Source: Tubiluchus corallicola | Taxonomy: Eukaryota > Animalia > Priapulida | DNA: 64,000 bases | Direction: 5' to 3' | Assembly (NCBI GenBank): GCA_030141605.1 | Contig: JAQGDQ010000007.1 | Coordinates: forward strand, 545,173 to 609,172 | In this document: piece after piece, positions 13,321 through 27,450 of the stretch | How the letters are laid out: the number at the start of each line of letters is the position of its first letter | Numbering within the stretch: the first letter of the stretch is position 1 | Notes under the pieces: model-generated | Seen by the model: only the letters and a program-made list of their open reading frames with translations | Database searches by the model: none | What the model was told of the DNA's origin: nothing | Made by a program: the position numbers and the translations under genes

Positions 13321-16300
13321 GGTGCAATTATTTTCTGACCTTTTTATTTAGTATTACCTTCGTGCGTTTCTGAATACTAGATATAGGCAGCTATCAGTTT
13401 ATCTGTACGGTATATATAACTATTATCCGAGACAAAGCTATTTAGAAATTACTACTTTCCAGGGCCTAAAGATTAGCAAAGTCGCAAGAGCTACTTGCTG
13501 GCATACGAAATCACTTTATGTCTCCAAGATGTCATTCATCATAACAGTGTGAAGTTAGACAAAATACAGTTTTGCTTGTTGAAATTTGCTGAACCAAATG
13601 GGACAGATAAAACTAGTTGTGCCAGTTGTGGCAGATCCACTACAGCAAGTTTTTAGCTACAACTGACTATCTTAGTTCAAATTAGCAGACTGAGATTCTC
13701 TGAAATATATAACGTCATTAAGGCAATAATAATTGTGCCAGTTACCAGACCCTGTTTCACTACAACAAAATAGGCCTACTGGCCTTCCCACCTACAATGT
13801 TGGTATTCACAGTCATAATCTAATTAATGACATTTCTGATGTTTGTTAGTTTATCTGCAAGACTATGAAATGTATATATATGAAATGCCGTGGTGAAATT
13901 ATCATAGCATGGGACGTTACTCAATACTGTTATTTGTTATATAAGAGGTCCATACGTCAGCCATGTTCTATCGTCCAGGTTGAGACTCACCATCTAAAAC
14001 ATGAAATAGTTTAGCTGCGAACAATCAAGTCTTCATTTTTGTAGATAATCTGGTGAGGTCTGATTGCCAGTTGGTAACTGTCTGCCTCAAACTATTTAGA
14101 CATAATTGGAAACCATGCACTGCCAACAGTACCAGATCCCCCCCAGCGCATGATTTAGTCAGTCTGTCTAGACCTAAATATACTTTATATTGACGAATAG
14201 CCATGAATTAGCCGTAGGTCCAACATGTACATCAGCCACCTTGCAAGATAGAACTTGGGTAGGGCTGGCGGTCCACACCACCTAGTGGTCCATAGTTCAG
14301 GGTCCTAGTACTAGTATTACAGATCTGAATGATGTTTTAGGTTCAAATCACTCACAGTAATCCATCATTATTATAACTTGACTCGTTCAGCTTTGCTCTT
14401 ACACTCCATAATTATTCTTTTTATCAGTTTTCACTAAACTATACATCCTGATAGGTTGCCATTTATTAATGCTTTGTTCACGTATTGCAACTTATAGATG
14501 CCTCTGTTTTGTTTAAGGATTTCCTCCTGAACGCCACGAAAATAGAGCAAATGGACATTCCTCGCAAGATTGCGTCTTTTGTTTGGCTCTACAAGATTGC
14601 ACGTTTTGTTTGATCCTGCCAGTTTGGATTTGTATAAATTTTGGATAAGTGCAATGCGCTGTATTTAGTTTATTCTTCCCATCAGTATTTGAAAGCATAT
14701 CTCTGCCAGCAATAATTACGACATCATAATTATCTAAGCTTAGCGATTCTTGCTTTGTGATACGATGATAGGCAAAGCTAATTCGGTTATTTGTGTAAGC
14801 CAATCACAACAATCAATTTGTTTAGAAAATCGTTATTATTGGTGCATTCCGCCCCGTTAAAGACATTATTAATCATGGAAAAGTACTAAATAAACCATAG
14901 AAAAAGGAAGTTCGCCTTATTTGTGTTTAAGCTTTCTGATTTTTGTTGGTTCAAAATACGATTATCGTGAAAACGTGTGAGAAAATATTTCTTTTTACGC
15001 CAAATGAAGTGAATTAATGTCACAAAGCAATGGTTAAGTTGCTTTTCATGCACGCTATAGGAAATAAACTTATAATTAAATTAATTATAATTTAATGGGA
15101 AAAACGATAAAACCGCAGCATTAAAGTCTTGACAAATTTGTAATGAGCCCGTGGCGGTGTTCGACACATTTAAGGACAGACTGTAAGGGTCAATATTGGT
15201 AGTCGCTGCTTGGTCCTAAGTCCAATCATGTCAGACGAGGCTGGGGTAATGGGCGTTGACTATTTAGCGGCTTTTTTGATGAACTGTACACAGTGTTCTA
15301 CATACAAACAGAAGTGTTTACTAATAATTAAAATCTGCACAAAACTGACTTCATTGCAACACTGTTTACAGAAGCAATCCATTTGATTTATGGCATGAAT
15401 TGCGAATAATCGGTACAGTTTTGTCGTGTTAAAGGTCTTACTGGTATTTTTTGCAAAGCAAAAGAGAGAAACATTAGATTCGAGATTGACTCAGAAATTT
15501 GTGAGATCATTTTATAACTATCTGGTAACTCTATAATGAACTATGAATTGCTACAAATGTATAGACTTAGAAGAGTTCTATTTTGAATTCAAAACTACTT
15601 TTCGTTGTAAAGCATATACAAGTTTAGTAGTTTATTAAAATAATATTGTAACATATGCAAAACTGGAACCGGTAAAACATCTCCGCATGGCTGAGTATCG
15701 GGCTTTATTTCATGGATTGCAGATTTTGGCTTTTCCTTCTTTGAGAAAACATTAATGTAAAGTAGTTGAAAGGTATTGTTAAAATATAAGGTTAATAATT
15801 GTAATTTTTTATCTCTTTTCTCTCTCGTTTTTCTTTTTTCTTCTGGTGCTACTGCTATAATCTTCAGTTGTTTGAGGAGTTCAAAACATTCCGTCGTTAA
15901 ACTGTTTAATGTTAATTGTTAATAACTTGCTAAAAGCATTATTACATTAGCCAGTAATTGCTGGTCTTAACATTCTATCCACAGTTTAACTCAACTGCTA
16001 GCAAAAGCTCCCCCTGGCGGTCGTTTCGGTTAAAATCGCTTTACTCAGCAGGTCCTATTAGTCTCGCCGCTCGCTTCTAATTGAGAACAAATTTATAAGC
16101 CATTAGAAGTTGTTGGGTGTCCGTTGGGAGGAGGTAGCTACTACACTGCTAATTTATCGGTGAGTCGGGAGGGAGTCCTTCTTCCACTTTACGACGTGTT
16201 TAGTGGCTTCTGTTTCCCCGACAGATGGCGGGACGTTCAATTATACGCCGCGTTAGGTTGAACAATGGTGAATTCATGCGCAAATCAACATGTTTGTATT

Positions 16301-16606
16301 TGTGGCTAAGAAACAGTAAGGCGGTGATTGTAAAGGGTAGTGTACACTAACCTTTAGAGCAAACGCCTTCCACCGTCAATAGCAAACTATACACTAATCA
16401 TAATATACGTTACGTCAAAGTAGGCTGTTTCTTTCCTTTTCCCAATTCTCCTTTTAATGTTTTCTGCCTGACTTCCTTTTTTTATTCTCTTCTTTTTTCC
16501 TTTTTGTTCGTTCTTTCTTTTTTACTCATGCTTTTTATTTTTGTTTTTCCTACACCTGTAATCCTGCTTTAAAATCTTTTTAGCTGTTATTGTTTTTCAT
16601 ACGCAC

Positions 16607-17061
16607 CTAGTGTTAAACTATAACTCAAAACAATTAAATTATAAAATATTGAAAGGGAACATACTATTTTTTTCTAGAATAACTTACACGAATGAATTAT
16701 TTACCACAGAGACATAATTTCGCGTTCGCGCGGCTAGCTCTTCACTGTTATATGCATTCGCCATTCGCTAGTTAGATAGATGCTAGAACCTGAATTTTGA
16801 AGACGCGTCGTACAAAAAACAGGTGGTGTACCTCTCAGTTCAGTGATGTTCATTTTTGACGTAGCGCATACGTTCGAGAACTAATGTATGAGCAGAGAAA
16901 TAACTTGCCTGTTTTTGTATATTACACTGAATGTTGTACAGTCACACAGTACTTAAATTTTCGCTTTCGCAAACAAGTGCAACACGCTCGTAGAATGAGC
17001 TGTTGAAAATTATGTTCAGTTGTGATGCGTCCACTAACTGGGCTCGCCCGTCGTTAATTAA
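16607..17061 (-). mobile_element. Unclassified dispersed repeat, copy 2 (inverted relative to copy 1)
   Basis: Same colinear blocks as 11141-11580 on the opposite strand. Both outer ends are TTAATTAA. Confidence 0.75.
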
Positions 17062-17257
17062 GTTTTTAACATAATATTTAATTATCAGAAACGCTTAGGC
17101 ATTATTATAGGTATTAAAATGCATACGTTTGCCGTACTTCAAAATTGGACAGAATGTGACAAATTATCCTGTTTTCTTTTAAGAAACCGCAAGTGTAGCA
17201 GAAACTAAGAAATGAAAGAAAGAGACAGGAAAACCAGAAAACAAAAATGAAAAAGGT

Positions 17258-17312
<55 letters not shown>

Positions 17313-17323
17313 GGGAGAGAGAA

Positions 17324-17407
<84 letters not shown>

Positions 17408-17440
17408 GAGAGAGAGTGAGAGAGAGAGAGAAAGAGAGAG
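17258..17440. repeat. (GA)n microsatellite
   Basis: Interrupted GA run. Confidence 0.97.
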
Positions 17441-18372
17441 TTTTTTACTGAAATTTACTTGATTGTTGCAGTCATTTTCATTACCTAATTTCACAAGATG
17501 TTGTTATTAAAACACGGTGGCAACCCGCGATTAAATCTGATTACTGAAGTGACTGCACCCACAGTCAAGTGGGTGCCGACAAATAACTAAATCAACAAGC
17601 AATTACTATTAACTGATAATCCCTGCATTTATCTCATTACTAGACACGGTGAAAATAGTTATAATTTATTGTCTGGGCAGGCGTCCTGCACAGGTATAAT
17701 GCTAATCAGTCTAGAGACAATTATTTCAGGTAATTGTTCAGACGCGCTCTTGCGGCCGGATTAAAGGGTCAACAGGAAGAGTGTGAACAAAAGAACATCC
17801 TAGAAACCACATAGACTACATTAATTTAAGTAAATTTATTTCAGTCATCTTTAGGTTTCTAAGCTGTACCAAAATTCTATTTTATTATTTGTGCTTAAAA
17901 AAGATAATGGAACAATGAGAAGGCAAAACGCAAAAAGAATAAAAATGATTGGAGAAATGGAAAATAACAACGTACAAGTTAAAACGAATCAAACGAACGA
18001 GCAGAAAACGTAAATAAAAGAATTACGAGACGAATAATTCAATGTCAATGTCTTTTATTCGCGTGTAAGTTAACAAATGTGTAAAATTTTGGCGGTCGCA
18101 TTAGTAACTGTTACCAAGTTTGGTAATCTGCCATTAATGACAAAGTTTTTATCTATGATTCGCTGTCATAGATACGCTCCATAAATAAGTGATTGCCGTC
18201 ATATCCACTGCCATAAATGTGATGTTATATAGCTAATAACTTTATTCTATAATAAAATATCGTTTTATCAACTTGTTATGCTGTTTGCCCGTAAATGATT
18301 TTGGCGTTCTTTGTTTATAAAGTTTGTGGATCCGGTTCGAATTTCGGGATCCCCAAAGCTTGGTCACACACA

Positions 18373-18436
18373 TTGTTGCTGTTATTGTTGTTGTTGTTGT
18401 CGTCGTCGTTGTCGTTGCTGTTGTTGTCTGTTGTTG
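18373..18436. repeat. (TTG)n/(TCG)n compound trinucleotide repeat
   Basis: Read directly from sequence. Confidence 0.85.
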
Positions 18437-20510
18437 TCACAGTTATCACGGAGTGACCCGGTTGCCCGAATGATTTTCGGGGCAACAGTTTTCAGGGCAG
18501 GAGGTGAAGAAACTACGTTCCATTGCGTTGACCGGATACGAACCCGATTTTTCACTTTAACAATTCGGCCCTCAAATGCGCCCATTAAATGGTTCTGTCC
18601 TACTCATTCTTACATTGTTGACCCTTCTTTCATTTTAAAGTATAAATTGGTCTGCCCTACTGTGGGTTTTCAAAACTTTTGCGAGAAATCAGATCTATGG
18701 AAATGATAAGAGCTTTCTAAGGTTTTCATAAGGAAACTATTATGTTTTAAAAAATGAGCATATAATACGTGGCAGATCCAAGCATATTAATGCTTCTACT
18801 CTAGATTATTCGCTTCTTAGTAAACATGTAAGTTTATCTACAGCGAAACATTTTTGTTGTTCAAAAACGAAATTTGTTGTTGTGAAAATTAATCGTTTAT
18901 TTGTGGATAATGAGAACTTTTAGTTAACTATTCACTACAAAAAATAATGTAACACAAAATATTACAAGTATACGTAATAGCTATAACATACATGTACACA
19001 TTGTAAAAAACGTACAAAAATTGGAAACAATCATAGTAATAAAAGAGAAACAATATTGTATATACAATTGATACAATATTGTTTATTGTATATTACCATG
19101 ATTATTTTTATTTTTTGTATGTGTATGAATATAAATATCGGATCTTCTGTAATCAGTTTACTAATGAGTTGCTCTAATTAACAGGTTGCGAAAATTAAGA
19201 CCTACTCTATTAATAGTACACAGTTCATGAAGTATAAATTCATATTCTCAAAATATCAGAAAATACCTGCATAATATTTTATAGCCGTATTTTAATGCCT
19301 ATCTAAGACACAGTAATGACGTAATAACCACTAAAGTTCTCAAATAGCGTGGTAAATTCTGTAAGCGTGAAATAAACGAGCTATTATTAGCAGTTTCTCT
19401 ATCATTAGCTAATCATAGTCATCATGTCAAACAACAGTTGTGCTATGTTCTCCGCGGAACATATTTATTGATTTATTACCAAACCCTGTTATCAAATACA
19501 CGTTCTGAACCTGGAATTCGATTAGATAATGATAGGATTTGGTCATAAGTTATGAATAATTTTGGTCATGGTATGTAGGTTTAGTTTATTGCACTATGAA
19601 TTTGGGCAGATGTTATAATTTTTATAGATAATTTCCTGGGTTTTCAAAGTCGATTTTATTGTACAAATTATCAAGATTAGAGCTGAATTTTGCTTCCCAT
19701 GGCTGCCATGTTTCGCTTGCTTAATTTGAAATGCTGGAAAAAGTCTGACATAATTGTTGATCAAGAGATAATAGTACTTGCCGGACAGGCGCATTTCAAA
19801 TCTGTCAAAGTGCGTTATTAACTCTGTTATTTGAACGCATGCGCAGACAAACTTTTTGCGGAATTTGCGCGTGCTTGTTGTTATTCTTAAAACCTTAACT
19901 AAAACTCAAAATTTTTAAAACAATATAAATATGATTGGCATTTTCGTAGATCATGGGCATCGAAAAATCTTTTTTGCTTGTTCAAATGTAGAATTTAATT
20001 TAATAAATAAAAAATTGTGCTATCATCCGTCAGTCATATTTATATTTGTGTTTGTTGCTTATGGATATCAAATCAAATGAAGCTGTTTAAAACATGGTTA
20101 GGAAGTATTTTTGTCGTCTCCAACTTGTGAAGTTTTTGAATAATGAATATGAATATTATGTGTGTTAGCTCACATTTTGTTTTGTTTCTTAGGCAAAGCC
20201 CAGTGTGTGGTCCATATATACATAGCAGACGCAATAGCAAACTTGCATAAGATATAATGTATAAAACAGTGAAACTTTTAAACAAACATTGGAGTTTTCA
20301 ACAAAATCGGTTATTAAAACATTCGAATAGCAGGATGACAAATATCTAGGCCTACTCAAATTAAAAAGTCTCATAAAAATTAAGAGCTAGAAAAATGAAC
20401 TTTAAAATTTATAGGAGTTTAAATAGAAAAACTAAAACGCTACAGAGCTTTAAGAAAACAAAACATGGAATGGAGACTAATTTGCGATAACGAACAGGAA
20501 AAAATTTGCT

Positions 20511-20660
20511 GTCTGGTTATTTTTACTTTTTATAACTCTAAAAGAATAATAAAGCTAAGAGCTGAAATTTTTGTTAGTCGGCCTCCAGTCTGGTTATTTT
20601 TATCTTGGATAACTGTAAAAGAATAATGAAGCTAAAGAGTCAAAATTTTTGTTAGTCGGC
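20511..20660. repeat. Tandem duplication of a ~77-bp unit
   Basis: GTCTGGTTATTTTTA...AAAAGAATAAT.AAGCTAA...AAATTTTTGTTAGTCGGC at 20511-20582 and 20588-20660. Confidence 0.85.
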
Positions 20661-22729
20661 TTACATTTAATAAAAACATTACTAAAACAAAAGAAATAAT
20701 ATTATTTTAGGGACTTGTATGGGTCTGTAACTGGCTTATTAATATTTAGCAAGTTTATTTAACTTTTATCTATTTTATGAAACTTACGGAGGGGGAGAGC
20801 TCTTAACAATGACAAAATGAAGTATTTTTCTATTGCTGTCTTGTGCTACCCATGTTTATCTTACTTTCCACAAAACTCTATAGCATTAATCTCCTTTTTA
20901 ACCATGTTGATGTAAACGACAGCCATCTTAGCTCTGTAATTGAATTTCTGCAGCATAAAGGAACCATAAAGTGCAAGTCGTGATCCCAATCTTCCATCTC
21001 TTTTATCTCATTAATGAACAAATACTTAACACTTTTCCTAAATGTAATCTAACATAATCTCACGAGATCTCGCAAACAACGAGTGCTGTTTATATTGGGT
21101 CTTAGAGAAGATAGCCTGAAGCATGATAACATGCACAGAGCAGTGAGTAATATTATGAGGTGTTAGGGAAGCCATATTATTATTACCATTAGACCGAACT
21201 TTATAACCAACAATGCAGAAATGCTTAACACTAAATGTCGCCAGAAAAGGTAAGTTTAACAAATTTAGGTAGGTTTATATTCGTGTATTGTTCTCTGAAA
21301 ACAGCTTCATTTGTTAGGACTGTAATAATATGCTAAGTTTTTTCATGCATGTGTGGTGGCCATGCGCATAGCACTTACAGTAAAATAAGTAAACGTATTT
21401 GGATTGTGAATTCGAGCTTCACAATAAATAAAAACTAACACTAACAATAAAACTTGCAATTTAATTGCTTACATGTAGGTCTCCTGATGAGCTTGTAATT
21501 TTAATTCAACGTAAGAGAAAACTCTTCTAATGATTTCTTAAAATGTGAATTCGGCGAACGTTGACTGGAATGAAATTTCAATGCACTGTTAACGCATGTC
21601 ATTGATGTGTAAATATTTTAACAACTTTCTCTTTTTAATTCTTGTAAATTCTAAGTTCATGTCTTGATAATTAGTTTTAGAAGTAATTGTATTTTAAAGG
21701 CTTCATACATGTAACGTTTACGGTAAAGAATAAAATACGTTAATATAATAAATAAAACCTAAAACCAATGTATTCAGTAGTTTTGTAAGATAGAAAGTAT
21801 CGTATAGTCCTAATAATCTTAAGTCTGCATTCAAATATTAGCGTCTTTTAGAAATAGATTTTTCAGGCAGTTAAATAAATTTTATTTCAAGAATCTGAAT
21901 CTAGACCTAAGTTTAAAAAATAGTTTAGACTAAACAATTCTTTTCCACGTCTAAAAAAAGAATTTTCGCGTTAACACTACAAATAAATCCTTACGTTTCT
22001 CTTTAGGTTTTTTTAATGAATGGCTGTTTTTATTAGTCTACCAATTAGTTTACCGTTGCTGAAGATTTTTAAAGCACCTTTCTTTTGTGCAATACGTTTT
22101 TGCGGTGTAGGCGCTAGTTTTTTGTTTGTCTTGAAATGGGGCACAGTTTTCCTTTAAACTTGTCTATATTCTCCCTTATGAATTTTATCCTACATCAGTC
22201 TTGATTTTTGAATGTCGCCGTTCCCTTTCTTGATAAACAAATTACCGACTAATTTCCTTTTTCGTTCTAATTTCAGGCACCACTTCTTTTTCCCTTTCCA
22301 ATTCCATAGTTTGCCCTTTTCGCATTGGCATTCAGCGGAAGTGTCTGCCATCCTCTTTCCACTCATTCACCCCATTTTCGCCCATTTTCTCAATTTTCTA
22401 CAAACTGTTGTCGGCCGCTGCGTCGTCCATCGCTAATGCTTTTCTGTCTTATTAAGCCACAAAAGTAGACAGCGAGAAGAGAAGTGCGCTTGCCTCTTCA
22501 TTGGACGATAATCACATTTAAGCTGCTTTCAGACCTTTCCATTTTCCAGTTCAGCCGTGGAATACTAATTTGAGGCTAAGTGAAGTGTCTGAATCAACTA
22601 ATTTATAGATAAAAGCCGGTCTGTCTTTTAAGAGTATTTCCTTTTCTACAGGAAAATTGTTTTGCTTTTTTACACAGTCACCTTGCTGGCGACTTCAATT
22701 GATTGTATTTCTTTGGCAAATTTTAGTGT

Positions 22730-23190
22730 TTCTTCTTCTCCAATTTCTCGGTTTCCCGTTTGCCAATATCCGCTTGTTCTTCTTCCTGTTTTTTTCTGTT
22801 GTTTTATGTTTTCATAGCATCATCTTTGTTTTGGTTCTTCCCTCTTCTCTCCCTCTCTCTGTTACTCTCACCTTTTCTCTCTCCTTCCATCTGCCTGCCT
22901 TTTGTCTTTTTTTCCTTATCTCTGCATCCATTCATGTTTTCCTTTTTGGTTCTTTCTTTCTCTGTCTATCTATATCTCTCTGTCTCTCTTTCTGATAGTC
23001 TCTCATTGTCAACATATCTTCTTTTTTCTTTTCTTTCACTCGTCTCTTTTTCTCTTCTTCTTCGTTCATGCTTCTCACATTTTCTTTCTTTGTCTATCTA
23101 TAACTCTTCACTCTATTTCTCTCGCTCGTCTCTCTCTCCCCCTCTCTCTCTCCACCTCCCTTTCTTTCTCTCTTCTCTCTCTCTCTTCTA
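22730..23190. repeat. Pyrimidine-rich (CT/CTTT) low-complexity tract
   Basis: Read directly from sequence. Confidence 0.8.
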
Positions 23191-23738
23191 GTCACCCATT
23201 TACTTAATATGCATGTACCTATCTACCCTGTGTTGTCTTACAAAAATTGTTAAAAATTAAATTGTACCAAAAATGGATTAGCCTATTACTTTTACTCGCC
23301 GAAATTGTTTAAAAGATAACACATAATGTATACTGAATTCCATAATGGAAGCTATTTCACAGGATAAATCATCTTCATGGCTTTTACCCGGTCCCAGAGG
23401 CGGTTTAGGAATTGCAAATGGGCATTTACTCGTGACACATCCACACTTAACAGCAGTTTGCTTCACTTTCCTCTGGTTTACTTGTCTTGACATCAATCTC
23501 AACCGCAGCTTGTTCATGTGGAAATGCACTAAATTCGATTTGCATTTATTTTCCGCGTGATGACAGTGCACGAAGTGGTTTCCATCTATGCATATAAGCA
23601 TTTCCAGAGCAAGCTATTGGCCAGTTTTCGCACATTTTGCCTTAGATTTCAACTAACTTTTTAAAATGCGTTTTTCACAGTTCAGTTTTTATTGTGTACA
23701 GGCGGTCACTAATTTGTTTTCTTCATACTTGTAAAATA

Positions 23739-23980
23739 CAGCAACAACAACGCAACAACGACAACGACAGCAGCAGCAACACGAGAGCAGCAAAGCGACA
23801 GCAGCAGCGGCATGAACAACTAATTGTTGACACCTTTTATTCCAATTCCAACGTTTCAGTAATTTTTTTTGCTATTTCCAAAGCCAACCGGAAAGATGCC
23901 GGAAACAACAACAGCATCGGTAACTGTAATAGCAGCAGCAACAAGAGCAACAATAGCAACTGTACTGACGACAACGACGA
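23739..23980. repeat. Degenerate (CAA/CAG)n trinucleotide patches
   Basis: Two patches at ~23739-23810 and ~23903-23980. Confidence 0.7.
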
Positions 23981-25344
23981 GCGCTGAAAATGTTCAATTT
24001 CTGCACACACATATAAGACACAAACATGTTAACACAAATGTTAACAGACAATCGCAGAGAAAGGCGGTACACGTCAGGAATAAATAACAAGCCTGATAAT
24101 ACCACTTAATCTTGCCTACTTTGGGGATTCTGAGGAAGATGGTTTGCCTAATTACTGTTAATAAATCTCTTAATCAGCGGTACACTATAGTCATTGATTA
24201 AGGCATTAGCGTTTGATTAGTGTTGATAAATAGATGTTGACAAACCATGTCATCAAAGAGAATGGTTGGATGGTATTTTGATGACAGACAAACGGTCGTT
24301 AAGCTTAAGGCGAATAAATCAACAGATAATTCCAAAAAGAAAATTGGTGAATGAAGAGATTAATGAAAAAATAATAATAAATCAGACTTTGCAACCTTTG
24401 AGCAAGACATCACATAAGAAAAACAAACGCTAATGCCCATTTTAGTATTATGGTTACACATTGAGACATCGAAAGGGCTGCTGTAGATCAATAATCGAAA
24501 GAGCTATTATAAATCCTTAATTTTACTTTCTTTCTATCTTTCTCTGTGTACCCATTGGCATTAATAGTCCATGTAATTAGTAGTTTTTCTCCATCCAAGT
24601 TTCGTCGTTTATATTTGTTTATGTTTGTCTGTTCTCTCACGTACTTTTACCGAAAACTTTTCATTTAATAGGCATACCTACAGAACTGTACATCGACAAG
24701 TTGATTAGCAATTTTCAAACTGCAGTTACTGTTATAATTTATCACAGAAAAGCAATTTAGTATCTAGAAGAAAACCGCATAACATAATACATTAATTTAA
24801 AAGCTAACAGGCTTAATCTTTTCGTACAGGGATACCGTCTTGGTGTTTGTTCTCCCTCTGGTGTTGTTTCAACGACTTCAGTGTTCTTCGAGCCTTTTGT
24901 CTTAGCTGCAACTAAGACACTATCCTGTAAACTTATTGCTATATCTTTTTTTGGTACGATATTTCTTAAACAAGTATCAATATCTAAAGCTTAACTTAAA
25001 GTTTTGATATCGTGGGATGAGTTATTTTTACATATTTCTCTAAACAAACTCAGAGTTTCTAACGGGTTTTGATCTTGCAAACTAAAACAGATTGTATGGC
25101 TTAAATCTACGATGCATCAGAACAACTTTACTTTTAATTGTTATTCACCAATTTATCGATCTCATTTTATTGCAAGTAAAATATTTTAAATTAAAAACTA
25201 TTTCGTTTTCAGTTTCAGTTTTTTACGCGTTTTTATTCCGATTTTTTTCGTGGTTTCTTCTCACACTTTTTTGTTTTTCCATTTTCGTTTTTTAACTTTT
25301 TAAGGTGTTTTTTGTGAACTAGGTTTTCACTCTTATTGTCCAAT

Positions 25345-25500
25345 TTTTTCTTTTCTTTTCTTTTCCTTTCTTTTCTTTTCTTTTCTTTTCTTTTCTTTTC
25401 TTTTCTTTTCTTTTCTTTTCTTTTCTTTTCTTTTCTTTTCTTTTCTTTTCTTTTCTTTTCTTTTCTTTTCTTTTCTTTTCTTTTCTTTTCTTTTCTTTTT
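25345..25500. repeat. (TTTTC)n pentanucleotide microsatellite
   Basis: Near-perfect run. Confidence 0.97.
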
Positions 25501-27450
25501 AACCGTTCATTAGTTTAGCGTTTTATTTTTTACATTGTGTTGACCACTATGTATTAACCACAGCTTTGAATAACCTTTCCGGCTTTAAAACTACTTAACA
25601 TTCTAGCCATTCTCCTATTTATAAATTGCTTTGAAAATGCCAGTCATCTTATTTAAACACTATCATTTTATTTAATATTATAAAACTCATCCTCTTCCTG
25701 ATTCTTATGAAAATGTCATTTTTCTCGAGATTTTTCACCAAACAACCCAGTCACTAATAAAAGTCGTTTCTTCTCATCAAATAATCGTCTTATAGCATCT
25801 CTATTTTTAATCCTCATCTTGCTTTTCGCTTCTTGGTCTTCAGCTTCTTCCTGGGTACCACTCATCTCTTGTTGAGCGGCGTGAGTTAACTGTCAACAAT
25901 CAGAGATGTTTTGGCCGTTTTCTCGCATGCTTCTGGCTACTTAGTAGTATTTCAAAGTGAACTATTATTGCATCTATGGCTTATCAAGGATATCTATGGC
26001 TTATCAGGGTAGAACAGACGTTCAAGCTCAACGCGCGGGAAAATTGAAGTAAATCGGCGGTAAGAGAAAAGGGGAAACTTAAAATGTCATTAGACAGGCA
26101 GTTTAAATCTGACTGGCAACTATTCATCAAAGTCTGTGGTTATGTTTTTAGTCTGTGGTTATGTTCTTATACGTTTGTTAGTAAAAAATAAGACCAGCTT
26201 TCGACATAGCTTTTACGTGCAAGTTTATCTGATTTGCTAAGTCATCTTTCTCTGCCGACACTTCCATTTGTTGCGTGTGGGTATAAACTTGAATGAAGAA
26301 GCAGCCTTGAAAAAAGCGTGGAAAATATTTTCTGTAAAAAAGCCGTTTTAAAGTTTTTAGATAAGTTTAGAATTTCAGAATTATACTTCTCTCCGAATTG
26401 CAATGAAAAATTTCGTCTTTACACGCAAACATGGCACGTTTGAGCAGTCCGGCCAGGCCTTCTCTAGTTTGATTTTCAGTTTTCTTTTCAATTAATTGAT
26501 TAATGACGTCATTTTTGGTAGACCCTTACTAAATAGTTGAGAATTTTTTTGAGCTATAACTGAATTTTTCCAGCGCTTTTTCTACTATACCATATAGATT
26601 TTAGAGCAGGTGTATGAAATCGCAGTATCGCTAAACATATAGAAAAGAGAGTGCACAGTGTATATAGGAGTAAAGTGGCTGTAAACGACTTATATGACGC
26701 CAAGCTAGATGGCACTAAAATTCTCATGAATTGTAAATTCGGCAATCAAGTAATTCAAGTTGTTAGCTGCTTCATTTTTAACTGCTAAAGTGTTTTTTAA
26801 AATATTTTAACATATTTCTGAAAATAATGAGGGCATTTTGAAAGACTGGTATAAAAATTCAACTTTACTACACCCAGAATATACTAAAAATAGCGAGACA
26901 ACAGTCATGCTATCAAAATCTATATACATTATAATACTAGAATCATTACAAGCTTTATTATATAGTAACGATTGTATAATTTGTTGGTTGCACGCCTAGT
27001 ACATTCATAATTTGTTAATAATTAATTTTGCAGACATTTTGTGACTTTTATGATAATTGATATTGATGCATTGCTGCCATAATAACCATTCCACAGACGT
27101 GAAACCCGAATAACGAAACGATTATGAATTATTCACTACTATGCATATATTCAAATGCACTCATATAATTAGTTGCTATTGTCTATTTATACGCTGTAAT
27201 AAAACATATTGTCACTTGATATTGAGTAATTATGGCAATTTTGTTGAAAAATTTAACACGTTAGAGAGTGCCTGGTAGCACGTTTCATACATGATGAAGA
27301 CAATGCTCCATTAATTGTAGTAAAGTCGTTGTAGTAAAGTCATTAAAGTATTTTGTTTCTGAAGAAATCTAAGCGTGTTCCTATTGATAATTTAACACCG
27401 ATTCAGTTTGGCTTTTTCAAATGTTTTTTCAGATTACTTTTGCCATTTCT

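Noticed and set aside
18328-18362. Polylinker-like run of BamHI/BstBI/BamHI/HindIII sites suggesting vector contamination
   Set aside because: Order and spacing match no multiple cloning site I recognise and the flanks are continuous genomic sequence; more likely a repeat remnant.
25716-25865. 49-codon minus-strand ORF MSGTQEEAEDQEAKSKMRIKNRDAIRRLFDEKKRLLLVTGLFGEKSREK
   Set aside because: Protein-like composition, but short, with no recognised family and no clear splice or promoter support.
25971-26170. Short 19-20 bp direct duplications (25971-26006, 26131-26168; also 301-357) as a possible CRISPR-like array
   Set aside because: Only two copies each, no repeat-spacer series, eukaryotic context; simple slippage duplications.
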